Positions 1 to 10,479 of a stretch of 64,000 nt of DNA are shown here, piece after piece. Every line of letters begins with the position of its first letter. Positions within the stretch are counted from its first letter, which is position 1. Below the pieces are notes generated by a model. That model was not told where the DNA came from, did not search any database, and saw only the letters and a list, made by a program, of their open reading frames with translations. The translations under genes and the position numbers were made by a program. This DNA is from Mobula birostris (Eukaryota), in NCBI RefSeq assembly GCF_030028105.1, contig NC_092394.1, forward strand, positions 28,502,752-28,566,751, given 5' to 3'.

Positions 1-169
1 GTATGTGTTCTCTCTACAAATGCAAGTCAGCCTGTTTTAATCTTCGAACAGTGTTTGAGTTTGTTTTGGAATTTTGAAATTTGTATTCTTTTTGCTTTTT
101 ATTTTTATTTTAAACCTAATCTTCTGAAGCGAGCAATGTATTTTACACCATGATATACATATATATAAA

Positions 170-372
170 ATCACAAAATGAGGCCATTCAGCCTGTCAGC
201 CACATGTGTGCTCTCAGTAGAGCAATCCTACCAATGTCTTTCCCCTCATCTTATTTCCCAGCACTGAACTCTCTCCTACACATGTGCTACAACTCCCTTT
301 TGACTCTTTTTTTTTAACCAATAACCTCCAGCAAATATAATTTACAGTCACAAATTAACCTAGCACACATTT
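170..372 (-). mobile_element. Degraded HE1/V-type SINE fragment
   Basis: Carries 'aggccattcagcc' and 'aatttacagt..aattaacct' motifs shared with better SINE copies at 34343-34560 and 36450-36790. Confidence 0.5.
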
Positions 373-390
373 AAGCCTGTGTATATAAGT

Positions 391-943
391 GGATGGGGTG
401 TCAGGGAGGGGTAGCACCTCTGGTGGGGGAACATGTCACGTCCTTTTCAAGGCGGTTAGTCCACCTCTGGTCCCCAACCGGCACTCAGCTCTCACCTATG
501 GCTCCCCGTAGCTGTTTGCATGTGACAGTGGCCGCACCCCGGGCAACAGCTTCGACAAGCCAGCTAAAACAGGTGAGGGTAGCCGACAGGTCTCAAACCC
601 TCGGTGAGATAGGGAGTTGTCTATCCCAACATGCGAAGACAGACTCCGACGGATTGAGCGGACGAGACCAATGGAAGGTTCAACGGTCAAGAAGGCGGTC
701 TCTGCAAGCGGCGTGGAACATGTAGAGCACGACAAAACACAGAAGACGTCCTGGTCATCCACTGCACCTAGTCCCATCTCCAGCCATCTCGACTCTTGTC
801 TTGCCACTGAATCCAGGTGGGAATTGGGAAGAGAGAGTGAGGCTGACACTGCGCAACTCTCCCTCACTTAATTCCAAATGAAGCGCTAGTCTCGACACCA
901 TCAATGGTGTCAAGGTCTTCATCGACGACGACGATAGACAAAC
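391..943 (+). mobile_element. Non-autonomous, probably RTE-derived retroelement (UTR-like body plus (GAC)n tail)
   Basis: GC- and CpG-rich island in AT-rich DNA ending in gacgacgacga. Flanked by near-direct repeats tgtatataagt / tggatataagt (possible TSD). No credible ORF. Confidence 0.5.
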
Positions 944-1437
944 ATGGATATAAGTAGAATATCTGGACCATTTTACAGCTATTTTCAATCGAGGTATAAA
1001 GGAAATTATTCAATTTTGTACAATATTTGACAGCTACTTGTCAATAGTCTTTGAGGTGGGGAGGGGGTTAGGGAGGAAAGCATACCTGCAGAGAATGATG
1101 AGATTTTTTTCCACTTTCCACAGACGCTCTCTTTAAGTACGATAGTCATAGCCATAACTGCTGGCAATAATACAGTACTTAATCTATGAACTGCAAAGTA
1201 TGAATTTCAGTCATATACTTGAATTGTGGCTAGGCTGCACACAGAGTAACCTTGAGTGTTTTTCATCTGTCTGAGTTAATTTTAATGATTGCTCTTTTTC
1301 TTGCAAGAATACATCCAAATCTAAAAATGCTTCATTTCTATCCAAGATGAGGTTCATGCCACATTTTGCAACCAGTCCGATTAGCATTTATTATTAGGGG
1401 GTGAAACTTTCTTGGTTACACATTTATTTATTTATAT

Positions 1438-1972
1438 TAGACCATAAAACATAGGAGCAGAATTGGGCTATTCGGCCTATTGTGTCTGCGTCACCATTCC
1501 ATCATGGCTGATTTATTATCCCTCTCAATCCCGTTCTCCTTCTTTGTGTAACTTCGGATGCCTTTACTAATCAAGAACCCTTTAACCCCTGCTTTAAATA
1601 TACCCAATGATTTGGCCTCCACAACCATCTATGGCATTGAATTCCACAGACTCTGCCCTCTGGCTAAAGAAATTCCTACTCATCTCTGTTCTAAAGGGAT
1701 GTCCTTATATTCTGTGGCTGTGCCCACTGTTCGTAGACTCCCCAATATAGAAAACATCCTCTCAGCATTCTATGTAGGCCTTTCATTATTTGATGGGTTT
1801 CAAAGAGACCCCCCTCCCATTCTTCTAAACTTCAGAGTACACAGGCCTAGAGCCATCAAACACTTTTCATATGTTAAACCTTTCCTCTCCAGGTCATTCT
1901 TATGATCCTCCTCTTAATTCTCTTCAATGCTACCACATCCTTTCTTAGATAAGGACCCCAAAACTGCTCACG
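1438..1972 (-). mobile_element. CR1 LINE 3' fragment
   Basis: Reverse complement of a CR1 ORF2 end and 3'UTR (accataa..cataggagcagaatt..ggccattcggcc type). Similar to the + copy at 59761-60255. Confidence 0.85.
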
Positions 1973-2245
1973 TTCTCGGACCGCATTTTCATAATATTAA
2001 ATAATAAGAATAAATTGTCTCAGATTTCTGCTTTATCAAGTTAATCAATAACTGTATCAGTGATCATTATTATGACAAAGAGAATACAATTTTAAAATAT
2101 ATTATTTCTAAAATAGATAGAAAACTTTAAAGCAGAGAAAGCTTTCCCATGAACTCAAATTACTGACCTGATGATAATAGTAGATGCTTTGTAAAGATTA
2201 ATTTCATGTTAACTGGATGGTTTTCTAATTGAGGAGGGAAATTAC

Positions 2246-2325
2246 CTTGGAATGCTGACATTATTTATTCTGCATGGCTCGGAACTTTAAGCCCCGGTGC
2301 TGATCGAGGATCATATCGCAGGAAG
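2246..2325 (-). other. Candidate 80-nt cassette exon (non-coding, UTR or poison) of an unidentified minus-strand gene
   Basis: Minus strand reads ttatttttaacctcccccaatag|CTTCC...TTCCAAG|gtaatt. CpG-rich in a CpG-poor context. Stops in all three frames. Confidence 0.45.
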
Positions 2326-3297
2326 CTATTGGGGGAGGTTAAAAATAACTTCAGTATAACCTTTACCATACGAGTGTTATAATCAGTAATAACTGATCTA
2401 TGTTATCATAAAATAATCAGTATAAGCACGTGAGAGGTTTAAGTGTTTTGTTTAAATCAATTTATAATCAATTCATCTACAGATACTGAGATCGGCACTG
2501 ACTTTTTTAAATTTAAAAGAACATGTTCCTTTAGTAAGAAGTATCATGCAATTAGGTTCAACATAAATAAAATTTGATTAAAGAAGATATTAAAAATAGG
2601 ATTATACAACTATTCAATTATGCCCTGATGTAATGCGAACTCAGCTCAATTGCCTCTTCTGCTTTCAAACATAGTTTTAATGAAGTCAATCCTTTAAAGA
2701 GGTTTGTGTTATTTATCACAGATTAACTTTGCATTCTCCTGCAGCTGCTGTTTCAGTAAATAAAAATAGTTATAGATTCATAAGTTTGAGACAAACCCTT
2801 TTGTAACTTAGGCTCTTGATGGAGGTTCTGGTGCATTTAATACAGGGTTCCACACCCTGCACGGGAATGAGGTCAGGTTTCAGGTAGATGTAAATACCTA
2901 CATTTGGTGTAATTGATTTACAATGTCAAACACAGGTGTAGCAATAATCCAGTTAGTAATACTCTAAAATTGGTGGCAGAATATTAACGTTCCTATTGTC
3001 AATAATGGCTAGTTAAGGCATGATGCTCCCTTCAAAATACCGATTTAGAAAGTTTATTTGATCTTGCAACTGAAAGGGGTAAGGTTTAAAATGTTACAGA
3101 AGCTCTTGTTAAATTGCTGACATAACATTGGTGTCAAGCCCTAGCAATGAGGGTAAATAAAATCTATCATTGATCAGAATCCCACTTAAACGAAACACTG
3201 ATTTTCTAAATTCCTTTTATGTCAAGCAATTACTTTTGAAATAAGTACTCGGAGCTTGAGATAATATCAGTATTACTGGATGATAAAAGTTTCTTAC

Positions 3298-3408
3298 CTT
3301 GTTCTGTTTGTCAGAACTATTTTTAAATCTGTGGAGGAGTTGGGTCTCTTTTACTGTTTCACTTACCTCTTTAGGAGTGAGACTTGAAATTATTTTCTGC
3401 ATGTTCAT
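3298..3408 (-). other. Candidate alternative first exon (MNMQKIISSLTPKE...) with two in-frame donors
   Basis: ATG at 3408. Donors GAG|gtaagt (exon ends 3367) and AAG|gtaaga (exon ends 3298) are both phase 0 in the same frame. E-boxes and a CRE-like site lie just upstream. Confidence 0.3.
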
Positions 3409-4370
3409 GCCTCATGGACAGAAGCTTGCGGACGTCACTGTGACATAAACAGAGTCAGACAGCTGATTACTCCATCTCAGCTGATGCAGCCGCAGTGCTG
3501 TAAATAGGTCTTTGCTTTCCATCTTAAGTGCCCCTACTTTAATCAGAATCCAGACTTTTAATAACTCACATTGTAACTGTCTGTGGATGGAAGTATCATT
3601 GGGGAGATGACAGGCTGTTAATTTTCAAGGATGTTTTAATGGGACCTAATGCTCCACTGTATCATAGAATGAAGATGCATAACTCTTTTGCAGGAATCAC
3701 TGTATTCCTCAGCCAGCGCTGACTCTATAGATTAAAGCTATCATGTCTGAGCTGGTCAGCAGTTGCAGGGCACTAACTACGACCTTTTTTAATGAAAAGA
3801 AACACTCCCACTGACAGCTATTTGCAATAATCCTACTGTCAGTTTGATTCTGGCAAGTGACTTCTGTAAGAAGCTGTAATCTCACAATACAATGACAGCA
3901 AGCAACTGTTTCTTTACATGCTTTTTTAAAAATGCACTTCGTTATAATGTACCTGCTGGCATATTGACAGTGCTTTCCATCACTTAACATGGTGAAGCTC
4001 CATTAAACAATTCGCTGACTCCTTGTGAAACTACTGAGCATATTCCTTCCCCACCCCCCACCCCCGCACTGCTTCCTTGCTGTGAGTTTGAAGCATCGTT
4101 TGCCTTGCAAATTAATCATTTTTCTTGTAGATCCCAATTCATAACCTTCTTTGCATTATGTAACCTGGTAAAGGGCAACACTGTTCTCCATGCTCTTAGT
4201 TCTCTAGGTAGGGTAACTAGGTTACAACCTATTCTACAGCAACTCTTGAAGTTATTCTTCCTCTTCCGTAAAATAGGGGAATTTCAAGTCAAATATCAAG
4301 TCAACATCACCATACATCTGACATCAACTGATATGGTTTGGGTCCTGCTAGTTAGTTAATTAATTAATTA

Positions 4371-4401
4371 ATACATACATACATACATACATACATACAT
4401 A
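4371..4401. repeat. (TACA)n microsatellite
   Basis: Direct reading. Confidence 0.95.
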
Positions 4402-4507
4402 CTGAAGTTACTAAACAGGTAAGATTGTGAGCTATCAGGTTCAGTTTCAAAATTTACCTTCAGATATTGTTTTGCTGCCCTGTGAAAGAAAATTGAAAAC
4501 CTGAGAG

Positions 4508-4585
4508 CAACACACATCAAAGTTGCTGGTGAACGCAGCAGGCCAGGCAGCATCTCTAGGAAGAGGTACAGTCCTCGTGTTTGCG
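4508..4585. mobile_element. Penelope pseudo-LTR mini-insertion with internal inversion
   Basis: Flanked by a 14-bp TSD tgaaaacctgagag (4494-4507, 4586-4599). Body matches the pLTR of the element at 52466-53211. Confidence 0.85.
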
Positions 4586-5854
4586 TGAAAACCTGAGAGT
4601 TAGGTTCCTTGTAAAGTTTTCATTCTTCTAATTGCTAACTGGCTTGATTTGTGTTTCTGATGTTTATTATTAACCAGCTATAATCTTCCTAATAATCTAT
4701 TGGTTTCCTGTAAAACAATGCCTCTTTTTAAAAAAGTTTTCAACCTTGTTTTCAATTCGATTCCAGGATCTCATTCTTTCCTACATCATAGTCTCCTGCA
4801 TCCTTGTATCCTGTGAATATCAGTATCCTCAAATATTAGCCTTTTGGATATCATTTCTGGTATTATGTGCCCTCAATCATTGGAACTGTTTTCTTGGAGT
4901 CTATCTGAGCCTTCTATTTTGATTTCTCCTTTAGCACACAAACCTGCCCCTTTACCAAATATTCAGATAGCTAATGATAGGTCAGTACCAGTTTTTGCCT
5001 ATAATGTACAGGCAAATTTTGATTTTTTGAGTGATCAGTCTTTTTTTAATTTTATTGAGATACTATGTTAGTTACGTCATTAATATTTGTGGTCTTGGTG
5101 TGTGTATTTTGAATGTTACATTGGCCCACATCACAAGTGTCAACTTTTAAAAATCTAATTTACTAGAAAATACTTAGGAATACCATAACAGCTACAATAG
5201 ATATGTAGTTTTTTCCCCTCTAAATGTTTTACAAGAAAGGAACACACTTATCGACGTGCAGAAGGCAAAGAAACAATTTAAAAAAACAGTTTACTTAATT
5301 CTCTCTTGTGAGATTTGTCAAACACTTTCTATGCTTTTCCAGTGGTGATATGCATGCATCCTGCAACCACTGACTCACTCTGTTATGCCACAGAAGATCT
5401 TTTCAGGATGTGAAACATTACTAAACAAGGCAGCATTTACAGACTTGATGGTTAAATCCCTCCATTGACTTCTCTTTTATCAATAGTGCAGCCTGAGTGA
5501 GCTAACAGGAAACAGGACAGCTGCAAGCAGGCAGTCAGGAAGTGTGTTGTTGTCATTACTCTGTTGTTTTCCTTTGTGATGGTGAGAACAGACTGGAATA
5601 TTATGGTTTACCTTCCCTTCCCATTCAAATGCACAGTTTTTTATTGGTGTTGTTCCCGAGCTCTATCACTGTGAGTGATAACAGTCATGTAGATTCCATG
5701 TGATATGTGGACACAGCACTATTCATGGTCTAAATAACTTGATGTAAAATATTACTTATTCATGCTCATGTAAAATGTTGATAATCTGACTTTTCACGTG
5801 ACCTGTAATCTTTTTCAAATCAATCCTGATGCACCACACCACAATTACTTTTTA

Positions 5855-6125
5855 ATTTATTTAGAGATGGAACAGGCCTTTGCAGTCCAATCAGTTACAC
5901 CACCCAGCAGCCCACCAACCTTACCCTAGCCTAAACACAGGGCAATTTACAATGGCCAATTAACTTACTGATCGGGATGTCTTTGCACAGTGGAAGGAAA
6001 CTGGAGCAGCTGGTGAAAACCCACATGTTTTCGGGGAGGACGTACAAACTCCTCGCAGAGTATGACAGAATCGATCTCCGAACTCTGGCATCGTGAGCTG
6101 TGAAGTGTCATGCTACTGTGGCACC
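5855..6125 (-). mobile_element. tRNA-derived HE1/V-type SINE
   Basis: Core motifs 'caatttacaatggccaattaac', 'ggaaactggagca..gaaaacccaca', 'gtacaaactcct'. Confidence 0.8.
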
Positions 6126-6166
6126 TGTACTTGCTGGAATTCCGAAGAATTGGGTGGGGGGGGGGG

Positions 6167-6393
6167 TGGTAGTGTATTTAATATTTGAGTAATATTCTAA
6201 ATATACTGTTTGACTAAGCATTCTTTGTTTACATAATTCATTACAATTTCTATGTAAAAGTATGCAAATGGCATACATCATTAGGCCACCGCGTCATATG
6301 TGAACACCTCAGTAAAGAAGAACTAAATACACTAGTATTCCAGGGGTCCCATGTGTTTCTTTCACTTAGTTTCTGGAGCTACAAAACAAAACA
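6167..6393 (+). repeat. 5' LTR of Gypsy element
   Basis: Aligns with 9686-9930 (tgtatttaatattt..., taagcattctttgtt, gtcatatgtga.cacctca, ttctgga..tacaaaaca). Ends in CA before the PBS. Confidence 0.85.
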
Positions 6394-6614
6394 ATGGCAA
6401 TGAGGAAGTTTCAAAATGAACCCGAGATGTACAAAACCTAACAGCGGTGATGAGGAAGTTTTAAAACAAAACTACCTGTCGAAGCAAGTTTTTGTTTTCT
6501 TCACAGGGGAGAGAGGAAGATGTTTGAGATGAGAAAAAGGCAGAAAATGAATGAAATTCGTGGAGTCATAAACAGGGAATACTGGGTAATAATAATAAAG
6601 AACTAAAAGCAGAG

Positions 6615-6876
6615 ATGGCTGGCTACTCTGGAAAGACAGACATCTTCAGTTGCACAACAGATAACTGGATGTCGTATATTGAAAGAATTGAGCAATATTT
6701 TGAACCAAATGGAATCGCCAAAGGAAAATAGGTGTCATTGTTGCTGAGTGCAATAGATGGAAGAGCATACAGTTTGCATAGAGGTTTAACTGCTCCAGCC
6801 AAACCAGCCAAAATGAGCATTGCTGACATCCTGAACGTAATGCAGGGACATTTAGAACCGAAACCAATGTTGATTG
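6615..6876 (+). pseudogene. gag: Gypsy gag N-terminal remnant
   Basis: Translates MAGYSGKTDIFSCTTDNWMSYIERIEQYFEPNGIAKGK*VSLLLSAIDGRAYSL...HLEPKPMLI, a typical Gypsy gag N-terminus with an in-frame stop. Confidence 0.8.
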
Positions 6877-7022
6877 TCAAAACAACACACATAAAAATTG
6901 CTGGTGAATGCAGCAGGCCAGGCAGCATCTATAGGAAGAGGTACAGTCGATGTTGCTGGCCAAGACCCTTCATCAGGACTAACTGAAAGAAGAGGTAGTA
7001 AGAGATTTGAAAGTGGCAGGGG
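6877..7022 (-). mobile_element. Penelope pLTR fragment inside the Gypsy element (degraded hammerhead)
   Basis: Matches 52500-52645. Confidence 0.85.
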
Positions 7023-9120
7023 TACTTACAGAAAGTGATGGAAGAAGATTCTAAGGTGTTTCTCACCATAAGTACTCACAAAGGGCTTTATCGCTTTAAT
7101 AGGTTTTTTTTGGAGCAACATTTGCACCTGCACTCTGGCAGAAAGCTATGGACCAGGAGTTGTGAGGCTGCCCAGGCACCCAGTGTTACCTGGATGACAT
7201 CATTGTTACCAGTGACGGTGACAAAGAACATCTCCAAACTCTCAAGACTGTGTTAAAAAGATAAGAAGATTGTGGGCTCACAGCATGATGCAAAAAGTGT
7301 GAACTCTTTAAACCAAGCATCACTGACTGGGTTACACCGTTGACGCACACGCGTGCTGAGAAAATTCAAGCAGTGGTGGATGCCCTGAGCCCAAAGAACA
7401 TGTCACAGTTATGGTCCTTTTTAGGATTTGTCAATTACTGTAATAGGTTCTTGCCAAACCTGGCTGCTGTGCTCCACCACTTGAACTCATTACTACAGAC
7501 CGAGGAAAAATAGTAAGTGACGTGGCTTTCCAAAGGCAAAGGAAATGGTGATCTCAGACACTGTACTCACAGATTGTGATCCTCATCGCCCAGTGAAGCT
7601 TGCCTGTGACGCTTCACATTGTAGTGTTGCTGCAGTCATGTCACATCCTATGAGTGATGGAAGTGAAAGCCTTTGCATCACATTCCTTTAATGCTGCAGA
7701 GAAATATTACACATATTTTTGACAGAGAGGCCTTGAATCTGGTTTGGGATGTAAAATGCTTCAACCAGTACCTGTATGGAAGAGAGTTTACCCTCACTAC
7801 TGATCATCAACAACCAGTGTCTATTTCCAATTCACAGACGGGAATTCCACTAACAGCAGTTGCAGGAAAGCAGAGATGGACTTTGTTTCTTGGAGCACAC
7901 AATTACAAGATCAAATTCGAGAGGACAGCTAATCATGGAAATGCTGATGGTTTGTCCTGTTTACCCTTGTAAGAGGAAATACCCGAAAAATTTACAAATG
8001 AGGTACTCCTCTTGACCAATTCTCCCTAATGCAAATCAAAAGTCTCTCCATTACGGCAGAGATGATCCAAAGGGAAACCAGAAAGCACCCCAGACTCTCT
8101 CAAGTCTATATGGCAACTCAAAATGGCTGGAATGTTCAGTAGAAATTCCAGTTCCCCCCATTTTTATCACAACCAATGATCTCACTTTAAGGACTCTTTA
8201 TCTTGTTATGTCATGCTCTTGTTATTTATTGCTATTTATTTATATTTGCATTTGCACAGTTTGTTGTTCATTGATCCTGTTTACAGTTACTGTTCTATAA
8301 TTTGCTGAATATACCTTCAGGAAAAGGAATCTCAGGGTTGTATGTGGTGACTCTGATAATAAGCTGAACTTTACCAGTGCCGGAATGAACTTGTCCTTGA
8401 CGGGGTTGCCTTATGTGGGGATTGAGGATTCTTGTAACATCGAAGCTGAGAGCTAATGTGTTGGAGGAGTTATTGGCTGGTCATCTAGGCATGGTCAAAA
8501 TCACAGCCTTGGCTCAAAGCATTGTCTTGTGGCCTGAGATAGATCCACAGATCAAGTAGCCTGCCATGCACTGTTCGGGATGCCAGCACATCCAGAAGAT
8601 GCCAAGGGCAGCACCTCTCCATCCCTGGGAATGACCTGCATTGCCCTGGCAGAGGATGTGGATTTGCCAGATTATTCATGGGCATAAATTTCTTGGTAAT
8701 CATGGATGCAGCTACAAATTGGCCAGAAATGTTTCCAATAGCCTTCACTACAGCCTCTGTTGATGTGTTGAGAAGCCTCTTCTCAAGGGCTGGTGTTCCA
8801 GACACTTAATCAGTGACTATGGACCACAGTTTGCTGTGGAAGATGGTCAGTCATTCTTGAAAGTGAATGGAATAAGAAATATTACACTCAGCTACAAATG
8901 GCTTGGCGGGCAAGTTTGTCCAGAATCTAAACAATACACTGCGAGCAATGTCAGCAGAACACAACAGGCAAACACTGAATCAGCAGCCCGCCATTTTCCT
9001 CCTTGCATATCGCACACTCTACAACCAACAACTCACCTGCTATGCTGTTCTTGGGTCGTCCCTTACGCACACTCTTGGGTCTCCTCAAACCCGGTCTCAG
9101 AAGGAGTATGCAGGACAAAC
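7023..9120 (+). pseudogene. pol: Gypsy pol remnant (RT C-terminal half, RNase H, integrase)
   Basis: Fragmented ORFs 7035-7256, 7673-7972 and 8836-9136 carry RT, RNase H and integrase motifs. Many stops and frameshifts. Confidence 0.85.
8170..8372 (+). mobile_element. Rex1/Babar-type 3' tail inserted in Gypsy pol
   Basis: 'gaatctcagggttgtatgtggtgac..ctctgataataa..gaacttt' matches the 3'UTR at 24260-24470. Confidence 0.8.
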
Positions 9121-9685
9121 AGCTGAGACATATTGAGGAGTTTTGATGTTTGACTCCTGGACGAGCAGCCCTGGTGAGGGATGACAGAGGTGATCAAAAG
9201 TTGGGTACTTGGAAAGGCTAAGGACAGAACAGCACCTCTCTCCAATACAGTGGAGATTGCCACTGGAGTCATCTGGAGACAACGCATCGAGCAATTGAAG
9301 AGAGCAGAGTCAATTGTTAGTGAAGAAAGGTGTGCAGAGGTGTCAGAACCACTTCCTGCAGTCCCAGAGTCAACTCCTACAACCCCATGGAGAGGCCTCA
9401 GTGGAGGAGGCCTCAAAATTTGAGATTGTTTCACAGCCACAAATGTCACCTACCAAACAGAGTGACCACTCCACCTTGTCAGAAAAGATGCTATCCCACA
9501 AGAGCCAGAAATCCTCCACAGTGAATAAATCTATAGCCTGAATGGTACAATTTAAGATTTACTATGCCATGGATATCTGTATATAGTAGTTGCATTATAT
9601 AGAATACAACTATATATACTGTACTGTGTATATAGTTGAGATGTATTCTATATTAAGTTGGAGCTTATAGCTAAGCAGGGAGGAG

Positions 9686-9930
9686 TGTACTGTATTTAAT
9701 ATTTTAGTAATATTTGAATGATATTGTAAATATATTGTTTGATTAAGCATTCTTTGTTGGAGTACGTAATTCATTATTGGTTATATGTAAGAAGTACCAT
9801 ACATGAATGGCACATGACATTATGCCACCAGGTCATATGTGAGCACCTCACTAGTAGAAAAATGAACTTTACTTTTTTCCCAGCTCTTGTGTTTTTCTTT
9901 CAATTCATTTCTGGAATTACAAAACATAGC
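9686..9930 (+). repeat. 3' LTR of Gypsy element
   Basis: Begins TG immediately after the polypurine tract. Homologous to 6167-6393. Confidence 0.85.
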
Positions 9931-10479
9931 TGCAAGGAGCACTTAAGTATCTAGCCGTTTGCTGCAGACCCTAGGCATTCATATTATTAGGTGGCACAAG
10001 AGGGGCAAGAAGGGACAGCACTTTTAAAAATGTTCATAATAAGTATGTAGAAGTTTTGAGTGGGACAGGAAAACAAAACTCTCAGAAATGTAATGTGGTT
10101 GAAGAAGTTTAAAATCTCTTCTGTGGACCTCTAAATAGTGAGGGGTATAGTTAGTTCTTATTATCACTAAGAGCTGGGTGCATACAGTTTCTGTGTTTAA
10201 TCAATAAAAAAACATATTCCACTAATGTCCCTTGTAGACTCATTAAATAATCAAATATTCCCTATAATAATTTTTAAATATTTACATGCCTTACTTAATA
10301 AGTAAATGTTTAAAAACCTGAAGGCAAATGATATTAATTAATGGAACAGTACATGATAAGTACTGCAGATGTTTTGGGTAATGGAGCAAATTTTTGTGGA
10401 TGCTTAAAAATGCCAGAAAAACTGTAAATCAGCAACCACTGACCTGCAAGCAGAAAGTATGAATCCAATGAAGCATGTT

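Larger units (their letters stand above)
6167..9930 (+). mobile_element. Decayed, internally deleted Ty3/Gypsy LTR retrotransposon
   Basis: Two related LTRs (~6167-6393, ~9686-9930). PBS-like tggcaatgagga at 6395. PPT aagcagggaggag before 9686. Remnants of gag, RT (THKGLYRFNR, CYLDDI), RNase H (LACDAS, DREAL, FTLTTDH) and integrase (HLGMVK, SDYGPQF). Confidence 0.92.

Noticed and set aside
470-590. HDV-like ribozyme in the 5' part of the RTE-type element (P2-like stem, tccccgt loop, gctaa)
   Set aside because: Could not build P1, P1.1 and P3 in the required order. Only one stem is supported.
393-988. Overlapping ORFs of 77-123 aa
   Set aside because: By-products of a GC-rich repeat, with no protein motifs.
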